In this document: piece by piece, positions 62,601-64,000 of the stretch
Layout: every line of letters begins with the position of its first letter
Position numbering within the stretch: position 1 is the first letter of the stretch
Source: Polyangiales bacterium
GTDB taxonomy: Bacteria > Myxococcota_A > Polyangia > Polyangiales > Houyiibacteriaceae
Length of the DNA: 64,000 nucleotides
Reading direction: 5' to 3'
Assembly: GCA_045106895.1 (NCBI GenBank)
Contig: JBGCFM010000100.1
Coordinates: forward strand, 32,001-96,000
Translations under genes and position numbers: made by a program
The notes under the pieces: generated by a model
What the model saw: the letters and a program-made list of their open reading frames with translations, nothing else
Database searches by the model: none
What the model was told of the DNA's origin: nothing

Positions 62601-62672
62601 ACCAGCGGCCGCAGCGACACCAGCAGGGCCGGCTCCGGCGACGAGGACATCGTAGTGTTGGGACGTGCTCAT
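59604..62672 (-). CDS. squalene epoxidase - squalene synthase fusion protein
   Basis: N-terminal GAGPAG, GEWIHPAG, GADG and GDA...HPLTASG; C-terminal VSRSF, RIADTIED, YCFFVAGTVG and LQLVNILKD. Confidence 0.88.
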   Translation of the reverse strand: MSTSQHYDVLVAGAGPAGVAAAAGFARRGLSVLLVEANPKASFRFAGEWIHPAGAAALAKLELTPHGITAGHLACEGFAVFPDDGTDPIRLEYTDRQLGFTCEHGELVTGLRAQASEIPGLEYIEGVRVTKIEGHNVTLQRKGEAETVVHAGRIVGADGRSSVVRKSLYGPTNADIVSYMAGLELEDVELPFEGFGHVLLGGPGPVLLYRIAPGRVRACIDVPVDYPGSRRDARYLWEAFGDRFPVSLRGAFRRALETQRLIWACNRFSPRAAYGEGHVALVGDAVGFYHPLTASGITIGLKDAAALVESDDAASYAAKREPRSYTPELLANALHHVFNRDDEAAVAIRDSMYSTWRNSRAERDRTMRILGGDELRLGQFGAAFVRVAAGAAAGQITSGKAHKLGTFMEFAQWPAASLLPTALRQRVRDKSSAAHPLAGLRIRPAAPERGRAPAPASVDVDVDALIARVRESSDALDEETRLRRSIGGPALGETVALAQSVARRVAAQVASKADLDLQATSKSVLVLAEVATELPGLRASLLQSALIPLRERLEREQEASGSFGDLRRTALAAECLVTAGMPVFHPRIRRAFRHVAAAQQDTGRIGDLRTTTLVARAILRTGAPYVDAAAACLVSLSSEDSLDELAGEALRLYRDMRTSRLQAPGKQRAGRASAADHAYCHDALLAVSRSFARPIEMLPGDLRSAVMCGYLLCRIADTIEDNAFFTMSERDERYHVFLSALQASPESAEVKRFERLFEGVRGDETEADLARHLSVVMRVYRSIPSEMQRKATRWIEEMVRGMQLYSHRGNEADGFNAMHTVEDLERYCFFVAGTVGHMLTDLFVEEFGRESASLELDLRKNAEAFGLGLQLVNILKDVTDDRTRHVSYVPRTSCAAAGLTIQNLVDENKRDAAHAAVAPLFDRAQEHLDRALEYTLTIPKEQTSVRLFCLLPLWMAVRTLVHGRGNDAMFVAGAPVKIAREEVERLIGECMARVGDDAALRAHYDQLWKLPAQEQVRSASAN

Positions 62673-62775
62673 AGGGTAAATCGAGGGTGAGGGAGGGCCT
62701 TTGGCAAGGGCGCCAGAGGGGCTATTCCACGATTGCCTCGTAGCATTCGACCTCCCAAATGGAACGTGTTTCGGC

Positions 62776-62825
62776 TGAGCTGTGCTGTGGTACGGCTGAG
62801 CCGTTGTGCAGGATCGGTGAACCGT
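62776..62825. repeat. three TGARCYGT direct repeats at 21-bp period
   Basis: TGAGCTGT at 62776, TGAGCCGT at 62797 and TGAACCGT at 62818. Confidence 0.55.
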
Positions 62826-62931
62826 GTTCCAAAAACGGCACCCGGTTTCCCGTAATTCCTAATAGTTTCGTTACGTTATCGAAATACTGTGTTCGAAGCC
62901 GGGCCCTCTGGCGCACGATCGTGCTTAACGG

Positions 62932-62965
62932 AAAAAGGCCATTCCCGACTGGGAACGGCCTCTTC
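62932..62965 (-). terminator. rho-independent terminator of the OmpA-family gene
   Basis: Minus strand reads GAGGCCGTTCCC-AGTC-GGGAATGGCCTTTTT. Confidence 0.8.
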
Positions 62966-62984
62966 ACGTCAAAAAGGGGAGACG

Positions 62985-64000
62985 CTAGATCTCGGGGCGG
63001 TAGCGACGACCGGCCGGGCAACCCAGCTCAACGCCCGTTGGGCCATTCTCCGTGGAGATGATCTTGAACACAACGCGTCGGTTCTGCTCCCAGGCAGCTG
63101 CATTGCTTCGCTGATCAAGAGGGCAGACCTCGCCGTAGCCGGCGCTGATGAGCCGGTCCCGGGCAACGCCGCGCTGAACGAGGGCTTCCACAACGGATGC
63201 CGCACGGTCGCGGGTGAGGCGCAGGTTGTATTCGTCGGCTCCACGCTCATCTGCGTGGCCTTCAACCTCGATCTGCGTGATCTGTGGGTTGCCGTTGAGC
63301 GTCGCGGCGACGGCATCGACGATGGAGTAACTGACCTGTTGAATCACAGCGCTGTCGGTCTCGAAGAGGATCTTGTCGAGAATGATGATCTGGTCATCTT
63401 CGACGATGACGGTGCCGCGGTCGGGACAACCATCTTCATCTTCGAAGCCGTTGTACGACTCTGGGTCGACAGGACATGAGTCGTCACCATCCAAAATACG
63501 GTCGCCGTCATTGTCGGGGTCCGGACAACCGTCTTGGTCCTGGAAGTTGTCCACGTCCTCGGGGTCGTTTGGACAGAGGTCGTCGGTGTCGAGAATTCCG
63601 TCGTTGTCGTTGTCGGGATCGGGGCAACCGTCCTCGTCCTGGAACCCGTCACGGTCTTCAGGGTCGTCTGGACACTCGTCGACCTCGTCGAGGATGCCGT
63701 CACCGTCGCGGTCACCGCTGTTGCCTTCGGGACAGCCGTCTTCATCGGCGTCGCCATCACGGTCCTCGGGAACCAGCGGACACTCGTCGTCATCGTCGAG
63801 GATGCCGTCACGGTCATTGTCGGGATCCGGACAGCCGTCTTCGTCGGCGAAGTTGTCGAAGTCCTCGGGCTCGTCAGGACACTGGTCCACGTCGTCCTTG
63901 TAGCCGTCGCCATCGCGGTCGCCGATGCTCGGCTCGAAGATGAAGCCGGCCATCGCGCGGAAGTTGGCGGACTGGAATGCGTTGAAGGGAGGCAAGTTGC
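62985..64000 (-). CDS. 5'-truncated OmpA-family protein with thrombospondin type-3 repeats (TraB-like)
   Basis: Five DxDxDGxxDxxDxCP...DGCP units, then IEVEGHADERG, NLRLTRDRA and NRRV. Confidence 0.88.
   Translation of the reverse strand, partial: NLPPFNAFQSANFRAMAGFIFEPSIGDRDGDGYKDDVDQCPDEPEDFDNFADEDGCPDPDNDRDGILDDDDECPLVPEDRDGDADEDGCPEGNSGDRDGDGILDEVDECPDDPEDRDGFQDEDGCPDPDNDNDGILDTDDLCPNDPEDVDNFQDQDGCPDPDNDGDRILDGDDSCPVDPESYNGFEDEDGCPDRGTVIVEDDQIIILDKILFETDSAVIQQVSYSIVDAVAATLNGNPQITQIEVEGHADERGADEYNLRLTRDRAASVVEALVQRGVARDRLISAGYGEVCPLDQRSNAAAWEQNRRVVFKIISTENGPTGVELGCPAGRRYRPEI

Overview
GC-rich, gene-dense bacterial chromosomal window with about 52 CDS. I saw no rRNA, tRNA, CRISPR array or mobile element. 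A MYXO-CTERM tail, AgmX/PglI-like domains, Cys/Asp-rich lipoprotein repeats, DAG-rich linkers and a TraB-like OmpA protein point to Myxococcota, probably Polyangia (inference). The standout is a tightly packed minus-strand sterol-biosynthesis operon at 53987-62672. It encodes a 1022-aa fusion (squalene epoxidase, then an apparent degenerate cyclase/QW-barrel segment, then squalene synthase), an SdmB-like SDR, an SdmA-like Rieske oxygenase, a class II HMG-CoA reductase and a DCTAE-type oxidosqualene cyclase, with three 21-bp-phased repeats upstream. Other content: a nuclease / Cys-repeat lipoprotein / Cys-repeat porin operon, a lipoprotein caspase with PPC repeats, sahR-ahcY with a candidate operator, boxC-boxB without boxA, an atypical Hsp70, sbcDC, a partial aryl-polyene-like accessory cluster, three sigma54 promoters and a recurring leaderless-type promoter pattern. 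All calls come from motif recognition by eye; no searches were run. Several start codons were moved downstream of the ORF-track start.
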